Below are positions 35,625-48,503 of a stretch of 64,000 nucleotides of DNA, one piece after another. The notes beneath the pieces were generated by a model. That model searched no databases, was not told the origin of the DNA, and saw nothing but the letters and a program-made list of their open reading frames with translations. A program made the translations under genes and the position numbers. Source of the stretch: Eledone cirrhosa (Eukaryota); the NCBI GenBank assembly GCA_964016885.1, contig OZ024743.1, positions 192,200,001 to 192,264,000 of the forward strand, given 5' to 3'. Position 1 is the stretch's first letter. Each line of letters begins with the position of its first letter.

Positions 35625-37830
35625 TCATCATCATCATCATCAACGTTTAACGTCCGTGTTCCACGCTTGCATGGGTTTGGACGGGAGTTTTCCCACTTGA
35701 GGCAAGAGTGATTGTCTTGCTCGCATAGGACTGTCTGGCGGGTTTTCTACAGTTGGATGCCCTTCCTAACACCAACCACATTTACAGTGTGGGTCTGGGA
35801 GGTTTTTACCGTGTTGCCTACACGGCCACATTACAGCGTGGACTGTGTGTTTTTTTGTCGTGACACCTACACGATCTCATTTGTTTCGGCCTGGATGGTG
35901 TGGCACCAACATAACTTTACATAGAAGGGGGCGGGGGTGGGACGGGGGTGTATTTTGTTAGAGATGCCTACTGACTGTAGTAGGTTTTACTATGTATTTA
36001 GGTAAGGCGGGTCTTCTCTATTACTGAGTACCGCCAAAGGTCTCGGTCCAGTGACATTGTCTTGGTGAGGTGTAAGTGTGTGAGGTCGGAGTTTATCAGC
36101 TCGTCCCAGGTTTTTCTGGGTCTGCCTATTCCGTGGCTACCGTCTATCTTTATTGCCCTGCACTTTGTTATACAGCTATCGACTTTCATGCGCATCACGT
36201 GACCATACCAACGTAGCCTTCTCTCTAGTAAACAACATCTGATCCCTCTTATTTCTAATTTTTTCCTTAGTTCGTTTATGCTTTGTCGTTCACGTATATT
36301 ACTATTACACATCCAGCGGAGCATGCAAGCTTCGTTCCTCTCTAGTCTGCGTATATCCTCTGCACACAATGCCCAGGTCTCACTGCCATGCAACATTGCT
36401 GTTCGTATGCAGGCATCATAGAACCTGCCTTTCATTTTTAGGGAGAACCCTTTAGCGGCTAATAGTGGTATAAGCTCTCTGAACTTTTTCCACCCAGTTC
36501 TGACTCTAGCTACTGTACTTTCAGAGCACCCTCCCCCACTGCTGATTTTGTCACCCAGGTAACGGAAGCTGTCCACTATTTCTATAGAACCCTCTGCGCA
36601 GTTGAAAGAGCTAGTATTTTGTGGCAACTTGCTGCTACTTATTACACCAGAGCACCGGCCACATGTAAAATCTATGTTCTTAGTTAGCTTACCTGTGATC
36701 CCACTACATCTTTTATGCACCCATACTTTGCATTTGGGACACAAAATGGAGTTTCTACCTATGCCTTTCCTACACATTGAGCATGGCCACTTTCCGGAGG
36801 GGACCGCCGCCTTATTTTCTTTCTTACAAACTAGAACTTTAGTCTTAGCCAGGTTAATTTTAAGGCCTTTTGATTCTAGGCCGTGCTTCCATGTTTGGAA
36901 TTTCTTCTCTAGCTCGGCCATTGATTCAGCTATGAGCGTTAGATCATCTGCATGTAGGAGTTCCCATGGGCAGCCGGTCTTGAACTCCACTGTTATAGCC
37001 TGGAGGGCGATAATAAATAGTAGGCACCTAAGAACAGAGCCCTGATGAACACCAACTTTTACACTAAACTCTTCACTATATTCGTTGTTAATTCTAACCT
37101 TGCTGACTGTTTCTTTATACATGGCTTGTATAGCTCTCACAAGCCATTCATCAACACCTAGTTTTCTAAGAGCCCACCAGATAATGGAACGGGGGACTCT
37201 GTCGAAGGCCTTCTCCAAGTCGACGAAAGCTAAGTATAGGGGTTTACTTTTAGCTAGGTACTTCTCCTGTAGTTGTCGTACAATGAAAAGAGCGTCTGTG
37301 GTACTTTTTCCTGACACAAACCCGAACTGCATTTCATCTAGATCAATTCGCTCTCTGATTAGTTGCGCTATTACTTTTTCCGTGACCTTCATGACCTGGT
37401 CGATTAATTTAATGCTTCTATAGTTACTCCTATCTAGGGCATCTCCTTTACCCTTATAACAGTTAACGATGATGCTGCTACACCAGTCCTTCGGAACAAC
37501 CCCATTCTGTATGACTTGGTTGACTATCCGGGTGACCATGGTGTGTCCCACCGTACCAGATGCCTTCAGCATCTCGACAACTATTTCCGAAGGCCCAGCC
37601 GCCTTGCCTGTCTTCATATCTTTGATTGCCTTACTTATTATACTACCCTCGACTAACACTGCTGGTCCCTCTATTGGGTCGATGTGGGGGAGACTGTCTT
37701 TCTCCCATTTATTCTCCTCATTTAGTAGCCTTTCATAGTGACACTTCCAAGCTACCTTCTTATCGGCGTCGGTGATGGCAAGTACGCCGTCATCGTTAAG
37801 TACACACTTCTCCCCGACAATATCACTGTT
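35625..37830 (-). mobile_element. 5'-truncated RTE LINE, sister copy of 505-4890
   Basis: Near-identical to ~507-2730; open ORF 35998-37659 but YADD is HADD and SPLL is RCLL; (GAT)n tail. Confidence 0.93.
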
Positions 37831-38456
37831 TTATAATAGTAATAAAAAAAAATGTAGGATCAAAAACAAGATCAAAAATATTCAAGTGATGACCACTGTT
37901 GTGAACCCAAGAATACATTATCTAATATATCCTTTCTTTAAATGATGGGATGTGATTCAAAAGAAATTTGGTTTGTTATTTCTTGCTGGTCAAGTAACCA
38001 ATAAAAGGGTCCTTCATTGCCTCAAATAGAAGTTAGTTAAATAAATGAGTATATCTCTGTTTCTATAATAGCACTATTCTTTCATGTGTGGTTAAGAAGT
38101 TTGCTTTAGAATCCCATAGTTTAAGAGTCAATCTTATAAATCAACCTAAGCTCTTTGATTGAAAAGTATGCAGAAATTGTGTGAAAGCCTGTGAGATGAA
38201 TCATGGTTGAACTATGTTTTATCCTCACTTGCTCCCACTAGTTTTTGAGGCCCAGCAAAAGTATAAGGTATTGACCCTTACCCACTGACTAAGCCATGAA
38301 AAATGGGACATCAGTAAGGAAAGCATAGTTACATATATTGCACGTTTCAGAATATTAAACTTATAACAAGACGAATCTAAATAAGTAATTTATTCTGGAT
38401 GAACTTTCAAATTGGCCAATCTAGAATATCTAAAGTGAAATTTAAAAAGCTATTAC

Positions 38457-38590
38457 CTTTGATCGAATGCTGACAACTCCATTAAATAAACCCAAGGCCA
38501 TGAAAAGGCCATCATTGGTCCATGAAGCACAAGTTATCCGGCTAGTGATTTTTGTCTTGTCAACCCTCTTTTCTTCTGGTCCCCAAAGGC
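38457..38590 (-). CDS. IFT122: IFT122 coding exon, 134 bp
   Basis: ttttcatag acceptor; G+GC completes Gly, then [44 protein letters not shown]; GTAATA donor (phase 0). Matches IFT122 LWSPEQKSVSKHK...[25 protein letters not shown]. Confidence 0.93.
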
Positions 38591-38769
38591 CTATGAAAAT
38601 ATAAATTAAAAAAAATAAATTGTCACAACCTTTAATTGTAATTTTATGTCAATCAAAGAAAATTGAAAAAGTACTGGCAGCAAAACTGCAAATAAAGAAG
38701 AGGATTTGAGCTATTTCTTTCCATATTTATATTTAATATAAACTGTGGTAGTCAGGTCAGGTTTCTGCC

Positions 38770-39110
38770 TGCTACTGGTACCATGTAACTCAGTACAACC
38801 TGCTTCATGGTCAAGTTGTCTGGTGAGGAGGGTAAGTGGAACCCCTGTAGCACAAAAAATAAGAACTGTTAAAAGGGCAGATGAATACCTCAGATTCAAC
38901 AGACATCAACACCAATTATGAGTTAAATAGCCTCACCAATACGCAATTGGCCAAGCGTAGTGAGTACAGCTACACCCCTTGACATGATCAAAACCAAATT
39001 GAAAGTGGTGGAGGTCAACCAGGGCAGGATTCGCCCAAGAGGAGTGAGAAGGCTCCGAATTGGATTGGAATGTAGTAACCTCTATACAGTCATGCAACCT
39101 GAAAAAAATA
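38770..39110 (+). mobile_element. 5' fragment of a LINE (5' UTR plus start of endonuclease)
   Basis: Start is homologous to 8245-8200 (-); ends in frameshifted LRIG/WNVVT resembling an APE N-terminus. Confidence 0.45.
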
Positions 39111-39499
39111 GCTGTCAAAATCCTTCAAAACACATCCCACTATCTAAAAAAAAACTATACACTGAACAATGTGGTCACAGGTGCATTGAGATATTAAATA
39201 AAAATAGTTCTAAAACCTTTTAAAAAATAGGATGGTCACAATTGGAATACCTTTGATCATAGGTTTTCTCAATGAGAGTTGACATGAAGCTTAACAACAA
39301 ATTGGCAACCCTAATTTATTAACACACACACACAAATTGATCTGCTGGCAGAAGAATAAAATTTTGTTTCTACTCTATAATCCCTATTTGAAATTATGTG
39401 TGATCTGAAACAGTAAATTTAACAGAATTTATCTAGCAGGAATGTACTTGAAATGTATATAGAAAGAGCAACTCTTCAACAATGGGACAGTGTTAATAA

Positions 39500-39710
39500 T
39501 AATAATAATTTCTACTATAGGGACAAGGCCAGCAATTTGAGGGAGGGAAAGTCGATTAAATCGCCCCTAGTGTATTACTGGTGCTTTATTCTATTGACCC
39601 CCATAAGGATGAAAAGCAAAGCTAACCTCGGCGGGATTTTAACTCAGATCATAAAGGGGCATAACTATGTGGCAAAGCATGTTGTCTGATGCTCTACCGA
39701 TACTGCCAAT
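39500..39710 (-). mobile_element. tRNA-derived SINE
   Basis: Family core, B-box and (AAT)n end. Confidence 0.75.
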
Positions 39711-40991
39711 AATAATAAGTCCTATCATAAATCCTCCTCATCATCATCATCATTCTTTTATATCCACTTCTCATGCTGTTTGTGTCTACCCTTACCATGA
39801 ATCTTGGAATGGTTTCAAGGAAGTTGGTATCAAAAGACAGCAGAGATATTTTTAGGCAAAACCCACTTAAAATTAGATCAGAAGTTCACTCAATAATGGT
39901 TTTGCAATGAACTGTTTATGTGAATGGTTTTATTCAGTTTGTTATCACCAAACATATGTATATCTATAGATATATAACTACCCCTTATGAATTTCTATAA
40001 ACACACCTAATTATGTAATGCTGCTTCAATTTTCAAATATGTCACTTTCAACAATTTTTACCAATCAGAAAACAGAAGCTGATGAAAGATACAATATTTA
40101 AAATTGAGACCAGTAATAAATATTTCTAATTTAGGCACAAGGCCAGAATTTTGTGAGTAGGCAAAGTTGATAATATCGATTCCAGTATGTGAAGACAAAG
40201 TTATAAATCTATCTTGGCTTTCCTTCGTTTACTGAAATGACTAAGTTAATGTTTTAAAATACATAAATCATGAACCACCCTTAAACTTTTTAGTTTACAT
40301 ATTTATTCGAAAACAATCTTTGGGATTTGATGTTTTACACATTGAAGATTCTGTTTATGTAGAAAAAATGTTTGAAAATATTTTGCTCATCTCGTTTCAC
40401 TGACAACATATATAACACTTCAACACTTCTATCAGCTATATGATGCAGTTAAAAAAATTACTAGAAGGAAACTCACACCAAACTTAAACTACTTCACAGT
40501 TGAACATTTTCAACAACAGGCATCACTTTTTGCCAGAAAATAACTGTCACAGATAGCATCTGTTATTCCAACTCATAAAACTGCCAAAGGAGAGAGTGAT
40601 AAAAAAGTAAACAAATCACTGTCATTATCACCATTAGTCTCCTCCCATTTCTCTCTTCATATATATTTATCTATATATCAATGTCTTTCCTATTATTTAT
40701 GTGACTACATTTCCTCCATCTTTTTTTCTATCTATATCGTTATATACGAGCAAGACAACCAATCTTGCCTCACGTAGGACAATTCCCGTCTAAACCCATG
40801 CTAGCGTGGAAGATAGACGTTAAATGATGATGATGATGATGATGATGTTTCAACCACCATATGTGTTTCTCAATCTCTATCTCTATTCCACTTTCTCTCT
40901 GAAATTTCCTATCGTATTCTCTTACAGTATATATGCCTGTCTGTGTCTCTTCTCCTCTCCATCTCTCTTTCCCACTCTTTATCTTTCTATT

Positions 40992-41032
<41 letters not shown>

Positions 41033-41212
41033 CTTTCATCCTTTCCTTTTCCTTAGAAAGTAGAGGATTGGAGATAATTATAAGCAAAAATGAGAAAAAT
41101 TTTATGGGAATACAGAAATACAAAAAATTGAATTAATAAACATTGCTGCTATGTATTCCAAAATAAATGTAGTTTCTGAATAAAATCCAGATATATACAG
41201 ACAACACACATT

Positions 41213-41243
<31 letters not shown>

Positions 41244-41275
41244 TTATTTATGTAATAAACAACATAAGATAATTA

Positions 41276-41335
41276 TTTCATTTGCCAGTGGTTTCTTGAA
41301 AGCAAACAAATCTGCTTTCAGTCATCAGAATGGAA
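41276..41335 (-). ncRNA. Second, inverted hammerhead copy with the cleavage triplet changed from GUA to GCA
   Basis: Same fold on the minus strand; G at + position 41284 replaces the conserved U16.1 with C. Confidence 0.65.
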
Positions 41336-41411
41336 AAATCCAGGTGTTTTTATAGAAGGTGGATTTGAAAACCACATTTCAAATCCACATTCAATAAAAA
41401 CGCCAGGATTT

Positions 41412-41471
41412 TTTCATTCTGATGACTGAAAGCAGATTTGTTTGCTTTCAAGAAACCACTGGTAAATGAAA
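41412..41471 (+). ncRNA. Type I hammerhead ribozyme motif (Penelope pseudo-LTR type)
   Basis: Stem I TTTCATT/AATGAAA; CTGATGA at 41419-41425; stem II TGAAAGCAGA-tttg-TTTGCTTTCA closed by C.A; GAAA at 41452-41455; short stem III ACC-act-GGT; GTA cleavage triplet ending at 41464. Confidence 0.8.
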
Positions 41472-41564
41472 TAATTATCTTATGCTGTTTATTACATAAC
41501 TATTAAGCTCTGTAACCTACATAGAGCACTGTTTTTTCCTGGACCTTTCCGCCGGAATTACTTC

Positions 41565-41616
<52 letters not shown>

Positions 41617-41827
41617 ATAATATATATTCAAGATAAGGTATAAGTTTTCGTTTTTTGTAGGCAGCTATATATAACAATTTAGATCTTGCAAGCTGTTATG
41701 TAACTGCACTGAAACACGTGTTAGTAAATCTTCTGCATCAAAAAATTCTTTTTCAATTTTCAGCAAGTTTTGCCTAATTTTTCTTGATTCCCAGTCTGTA
41801 TTATATAATATATATATATATATATAT

Positions 41828-41885
41828 ATATTATAAAGAACGAGGAATCAGTGTTGCAACACTGATTCCTCATTCTTTATAATAT
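41828..41885. repeat. 58-bp near-perfect palindrome abutting (TA)n
   Basis: atattataaagaacgaggaatcagtgttg|caacactgattcctcattctttataatat, one mismatch. Confidence 0.9.
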
Positions 41886-41954
41886 CATACTCTGCGCGAG
41901 CATCGAGTGCTCAAACAGCATACCGCCTATGGTCGCATTTACCTGCAGCCCTAC

Positions 41955-41989
<35 letters not shown>

Positions 41990-43306
41990 TGCATATATAT
42001 ACGCATATATATACACCACACACCGTAAATGTGGTTGACGTTAGGAAGGGCATCCAGCTGTAGAAACCTAGCCAGAAACAGTCCTATATGAGTAAGACAT
42101 GGTCACCTGACCAACTTACCTTAAATGGGACAACCTGTCTAACCCATGCTAGCATGGAAAATGAGAGGGTTGTGGAGGCAGAGTCCTCAAACACTCCTTC
42201 CAGCGGGTGCTGTCAGAAGCAACCATCTCCAATTGATACGGCTGGATCCCCAAGCGAGACCACCCCATCTTGCATTAATAAAATAATTAACTTTCTCAGT
42301 TTTTGGTATCAAAAAGGATAAGATACAAAGACTACCTTAAATCTGGTATGAAAAAAAGTAATATTTATGGGGGAAATGCAACTCAGAGGATGTCATGGAG
42401 AAACTATATTCAAAGCATCAGAGCTTTTTGAGAAAAATTACATTAAGCACACAAAATTGAAATGAGATGCAAAGACAAGAAACCTCTCAACTTGTGACTG
42501 AATTTGTCTTTTTAACCCTTTAGCATTTAAACCAGCCACATCTGGCCAAAATTCTCTCACGTCTTTCTGTTCAAACCAGCTGTAACCCGCCGCTCATACT
42601 GATATTAAGGTATTGTTCTCAAAATAAATAATATCAAAATCTCATGCATTTGATATTATGTGAAATAATTATGTGAGGTAAAGTGTTTACCATGAAAATG
42701 CAATAGTATATATAGAGTAACGTAAATGTTAAATGGTTAAGGCTGGTCTTGTGAGTTACTCATGATTAAACAAAGCAAATGAATAATGGTTCATTGCTAC
42801 CTAAGACAACATATGCCTGCCAATCATATAACGAACATCATTTAACGTCCAATGATAATGATGTTTCTCCTCAGTTAAATGTAATGCAAAATCATGGCAA
42901 TTGGCATTCTGTATAGACATATGTCTCTTCAGACCACCATCACAAAAGTCAATGTTTGTTATATGATTGGCAGGCATATGTTGTCTCAAGTGGCACTACA
43001 TTTCATATAATAGCTGTAGTAAATGTTGCAAATCATTAATTGGGATAAAAAGTTATCTTTGCACTGCAGCTCATTAACAAGGACTGGTCATACAAATTTT
43101 CTAATTAACTTCCATTACACACAAACACACACTCATATATATATATATGAGAAGTAGTAATGCTCAGACATAGCATGATTGATATATGACTGGGGTTGTA
43201 TATTGAACACTATACAAAATGTTCATGTAAATAAACATTTTTACAACCCTGTTATGAATTTTAGAAGTGGTGAAATTCACCACTGGTTTTTCGCAACCAA
43301 GGAAAA

Positions 43307-43352
43307 GCACCTTAAAGGCTGTTTCTGGTTCAATAACTGTCTTCGGAGGAGC
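43307..43352 (-). ncRNA. Degenerate hammerhead motif in a microsatellite-flanked insert
   Basis: gctcct-CCGAAGA-cagttattgaacca-GAAAC-agcct-tta-aggtgc: stem I and core are recognisable but mutated. Confidence 0.5.
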
Positions 43353-43519
43353 TAACTCCACTTTATGAACATCGAGTGATGAAGTTCATTCACATACATG
43401 CTCTATATATACATATCACATACACATATATAGAAAGAGAAAGAGACCCAGTGTGTTGGTGCATCATTGCAGTTATGTAAAATGAAAAGGTAGTAGGCAA
43501 AAGCTATATATAAACAAAT

Positions 43520-43975
43520 GACTGAAACCGTGGAGTGGGAAGACCCAAGAAGACCTGGGATGAGGTGATAAAAGCCAACTTACCCAATTGCACCTCTCAA
43601 AGGCGATGACACAGGACCGTGACCTCTGGCGTCACGCAGTAATACAGAAGGCCAAACTTCCCACGGGTACAAGCCGAAGCTGAAGCATAGAGACAATATG
43701 CCTCCACCCCCTCCCACTGCAAAGTGATCGTGGAGGTGCCACAGCACAAAAGCACCCAGCCCACACTGTAAAATGGTTGTGTAGGTGCCACGAAAAAAAA
43801 GCACTCACTGTAAATGAGGTTGGTGTTAGGAAGGGCATCCAGCTGTAGAAATCAAGCCAGAATCAGTTCCCGTACGAGCAAGACAAGGCCAGCCGACCGG
43901 GCACTGCCCACAACAGGACAACCCGTCTAACCCATGCTAGCATGGAAGAATCGACGTAAAATGGTGATGATTGAA
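43520..43975 (+). mobile_element. RTE 3' fragment
   Basis: GRPKKTWDEVIKA..., ggaagggcatccagctgtagaa, acccatgctagcatggaa and GAT tail. Confidence 0.75.
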
Positions 43976-45000
43976 TACCGAATAAACAAGCAAATGAATG
44001 AATGGGAAATCTTCAAATTTTATCTCATGTATCTGGTTTAGAATAGGGACATTACATGTCATTCTTGTCATAAGAAGTTAGTAAAAGGACTGGTGTCAGG
44101 ATGGGCATCAGGCTGCATATTGCTTTAAAAAGTCCTATCCAACCCGTGCCAGCATAGAAAAATGAATGTAAAAAGGGTGATGACGATGACATCAAACATA
44201 TACCGACAAATATGTAGAAAAAGAAAGATAACAAGTGTGTTAGTGTGTATTATGCAATATGTTTATACTGTAGAGTGTATTAGGGCAGTTATATAAAATA
44301 TAGTTGGTCAAGGCTATTTTTAATCAAATGATTGAATATAAAATATAGTTGGTGAAGGCTATTTTTAATCAAATGATTGAATAAAATAAACAAATAAACG
44401 AATTGTCAACTGATGACATGAGAAATCTTCAAATGTTATCCTATGAGTGCTTCCAAGTTACAACTCAGCTTCAGATGGACTGATGTGTTAAGTCAATATC
44501 AACAACTGAGAATTGAAATCATAGAGAAGATAACGCTGATAATGATGCTATTTAGTGAAACAGAAAATATACCTCCTAAAAATAAAAAAAACTCTTTTGA
44601 TTCAGCGTTGGTTTTAACGTCCTTCTAGAATAGACAATGTTGTAAATAGAGGTTGTATTTTATTTATTTCTTATTATGATTATTTACTATACAATGTTAA
44701 AGTGAAACAATACTTTGATATATATCAATCATTAATATATTGTCTGTAGGTAGTGAATTGGCAAAGTTGTTAAAACATCAGATAGAATGTGTTGTGGTAT
44801 TTGTTTCAGCTCTCTGCACTGTGAGTTCAAATCCCAATCGAGATCAACTTTGCCTTTCAACCTTTTGTAGTCAATAAAAAGTACCAGTGCAGTTCTGGCA
44901 TCGATTCTTTCACTGAATCTTTCACACTCCCTCTTCCACTCTCCTTCTCTGGAAGAAATCAGCTGTGTTCAAACCTGGAGATGGATGGGTTCTGCCAGGT

Positions 45001-45232
45001 TTAACCCTTTAATATTTACATTACTCTATGTATATACTATTGTATTTTTGTGTGGTAAAGACTTTATCTCACATAATTATTTCACATAGTATCGAATCTA
45101 TGAGATTTTGATGTTATTTATTTTGAGAACAATACCTTAATTTCATATGAGCAGCCAGTTACAGCCAGTTTGAACAGAAAGAGGTGAGAGAATTCTGGTT
45201 GGATGTGACCGGTTTAAATGTTAATGGGTTAA
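45001..45232. mobile_element. piggyBac-type MITE (TTAA-CCCTTTA...TAAAGGG-TTAA family)
   Basis: TTAA-flanked TIRs; further copies at ~59275-59501, ~60914-61142, ~42512-42740 (inverted, divergent) and the split copy around the RTE. Confidence 0.85.
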
Positions 45233-48200
45233 AATACCCAATATGTCATTACAGCACCTCTACAACTCCATCATGAGTTACAGATCCGTACAAACAACAG
45301 ACATCTACAACCCTCAAACTCCATGTCTTAGAATCTTGCTGAAATTTCTATCCTAAAATATTTCTGACATCTTTGTCTATGTTGGAATACTGTACTTGGT
45401 AGAAGTAGTTTGTCGTAGCACCCTATTATTCTACTATGCTAACTGCTAAACCACTCTTGTCTCAAACCATGTTACATATATATATATATGTGTGTGTGAA
45501 AAGTCAATGAAAAAAAACACAGTAGAACAATCTATAATATAATAAAGGGAGGAGTGCGGGACAGCATCCATTTGATATCTTTTTATCCCATTAGTGAAAT
45601 AAGTTGGATTACTTTGAATAAATAATGAATGAATATTATGTAATTTATCTACTAAATTTCGTAGCTCTTGATTAAACATAAATATTCTTATATATAAAGT
45701 ATTGCTTATTTTAAGATTCACTTCTTTAAAATTTTCAAATGTCAACGCTTCCAGTTAGCGTCCGTTAAATGATAACACTTATCACATCGCTTATATAAAC
45801 GTTCATATATTTGCATCGTTATATAAGGTTTATATTACCATCACTAATTTTCTCCTTTTTCGTTTTCATAACATTTTAGTTTATTATATATGCAGTTTCT
45901 ATATAATATCTTTTTTTAATGTATCATGGATTACTTTACTGATTACAGAAGAGAGTGTGACACAGACTTCGTTCAATTTCTGCGTATATTGTCAATTACG
46001 ATTTCATTTGATGTATCATATCTACATGCATATAATATCAATATGCACACTACACCCTTTGGGTGGTTTTCTGCTAGTACAGATAATATTTATTACTTTA
46101 ACATTTGATATAGTAAAAAAAGAGTCTTAAACTTGTGAACTAGATGTAATCACTATGTCCAGCTTAATCTCAGAGCATGAGAACCCATCTGGCCCAGTCA
46201 AGCATGGAAAATAGACATTTAACAATGATGATGAAGTGTGCCACCTCCCCCAGCCCACATCCCAAATACTGTTTTCCTGTCCAACCCATGCATGCATGAA
46301 AAACCTGACACATTCCACAATATACTGCCAGGCACTACTCACTGTCTTTTAAGGCCAACCCCATAGACAGCGCTTGTTCTCTCACAGTGGGATACCCTCC
46401 ACTAGAAAGCAACATATAACCTGAAATTTGCTCTCAACATTGTGTACTCTCATCATTGCCTCCCCAGCTGGACCAAGGACACAACAAGCATTAAAATGTT
46501 GTAATGAGATAGCACTGGGAGATGAAAAACACACACCCAGTCCACCCTGTAAGATACTCATGCTAGTGCCATGACTAAAAGCACCAGACTACCCTGTCAG
46601 GTGGTTGTGCTGGTGACATGACAAAAAGCTCCCAGTCCAGCCTGTAAGGTAGTCATGCTGGTGACATAACAAAAAGCAACCAGTCCACCCTGTAAGGTGG
46701 TTGTGATGATGACACGACAAAAATCATCCAATCAAACCTGTTAGATGGTCAATTTAGAGCCAGAATAAAAATCCCCCAGTCCACACTGTAATGTGTTTGG
46801 CAATAGGAAAGGCACCCAGCTGTAGAAACCAAGCCAACATACAGATCTGTAATGAGCAAGGCGTGGTCTCCAGACCTGATTTGTCTCATTATGTAACAAC
46901 CCAACCCATCTAACCAATGGAAGCGAGGAAAAATAAAAGTTAAATAATGATGATGATAATATATCATGGATAAGTTATTTATCATCATCATCGTCATTTA
47001 ACTTCCATTTCCAATATTAAGAAACTGATTCATGTTTATTACATTAATCAAAGTAAAATTAAAATTTGTAACTTACTTAATAAATTTGGAAGAAACAGTA
47101 CGTTATATGTAATATAAGTAATATAATTGCCAATTAGAAAATTATTGCTACAACTTCATTTCAATAATAAATGCAGTTTTCTGTGACATAAAGCAGACTA
47201 TTTTAATTTAACTCAACAACAATAATTGCTATGGCTTCAATGCTATGATAAATACCAGATCAATGTTTCCTACGCTTTTGTAATAGTAATTTCTTACAAT
47301 TGATTTATGTAGCCATGTCTTTCACTCAGTATCCTTATATTAAAATAACAATATTATGAGAATTAATCTAATTTCAAGGCTCCTACCTTGCTATAGCATT
47401 TAAATTGCAAGTTGTCAGCTGTTGGACACTCACACAAATGTTAGGAAACATTGTGTAATGATGAATTTGCAGTTAAGTTCACTTGCAATGTCATATGCAA
47501 CATATAAGAAATAGAGCAAACATATCTGATAAATTATTCAAAATTTGTATGTAACCTTCTAATCAAAGGCTAAAAGTTTATGATCTGATACCTTAACTTA
47601 ATAAGGTAAATTTTAAAAGTAATATCAGTTTTACATATCTCATTGCATAGAACCTAAAAGGTCAGAAAAATGAAATCTTGGATATAAACTGGCATTGCAA
47701 CAAGATGTGACATGATAACAGCAATAACATTATGTGCAAATTACATTTATGCTTCTATCACTCAAAATGCATTTATGAAGCAAGTTCAGATTCTTGTCAA
47801 TATACAAAGAGCATGAAGCAAGCAATGAAAGAATTAATGGTTATAGATAAGCTTTGGTGACTGGGAAATTTAATAAATACAGAAGCTGGCAAAATTAGTA
47901 ATAAAACTAGTAAATATCTGTGTTAGCTGAAGAAAAGCCAAAATATTCAGCCTATGTGGCAAATTAACTAATAAATATATCTGGAAAAATTGCATTTTTC
48001 TCTTTTGTCACTCAGTTAAAAAGAAGAGCATCCATGGTCCCTTATTTTTTCTGAGACTGATGAGAGGGAAGATAAAAAAATATCTTCAAACTGAAGTTTA
48101 TTAAAAGCTAAATGGTGATATTAAAGGGGTAACAGAATTAGTCTACCATTCAAGTAGGCCACTGAATATGAACATTGGACATTGGATGAAGATGTCATAT

Positions 48201-48503
48201 GTATTGTTAGTGTGCATAGGATCAGATGTAATGTGCAAAAGAGGAGATTGCGCTGGTTCAAACAAGTAATGTGTATGGATGATAATCACTGGGTGAAGAG
48301 ATGCCTGGGGTTCTAAGTGGAAGAAAGATGTGACAGAAGTTTTAAGTAGAAACAGATCTCAGAGTGTTGAACCTCACAAAGGAGATGAAAAAGAACAGAA
48401 GAAAAATAATAGGATGTTGTGCTAGAAAAGACTTGTCTAACCCATGCAAGCATGGTAAAACAGACATAAAAGAGATCAGTCTCTCTCTCTCTATACATAT
48501 ATA

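Larger units (their letters stand above)
41248..41499. repeat. Fold-back inverted repeat, 123-bp arms, 6-nt loop, 7 mismatches
   Basis: 41248-41370 versus the reverse complement of 41377-41499, compared by eye. Confidence 0.95.

Noticed and set aside
41890-41925. GAGCA/TGCTC hairpin flanked by CTG and AAAC as a hammerhead
   Set aside because: Both conserved core segments are too divergent to call.
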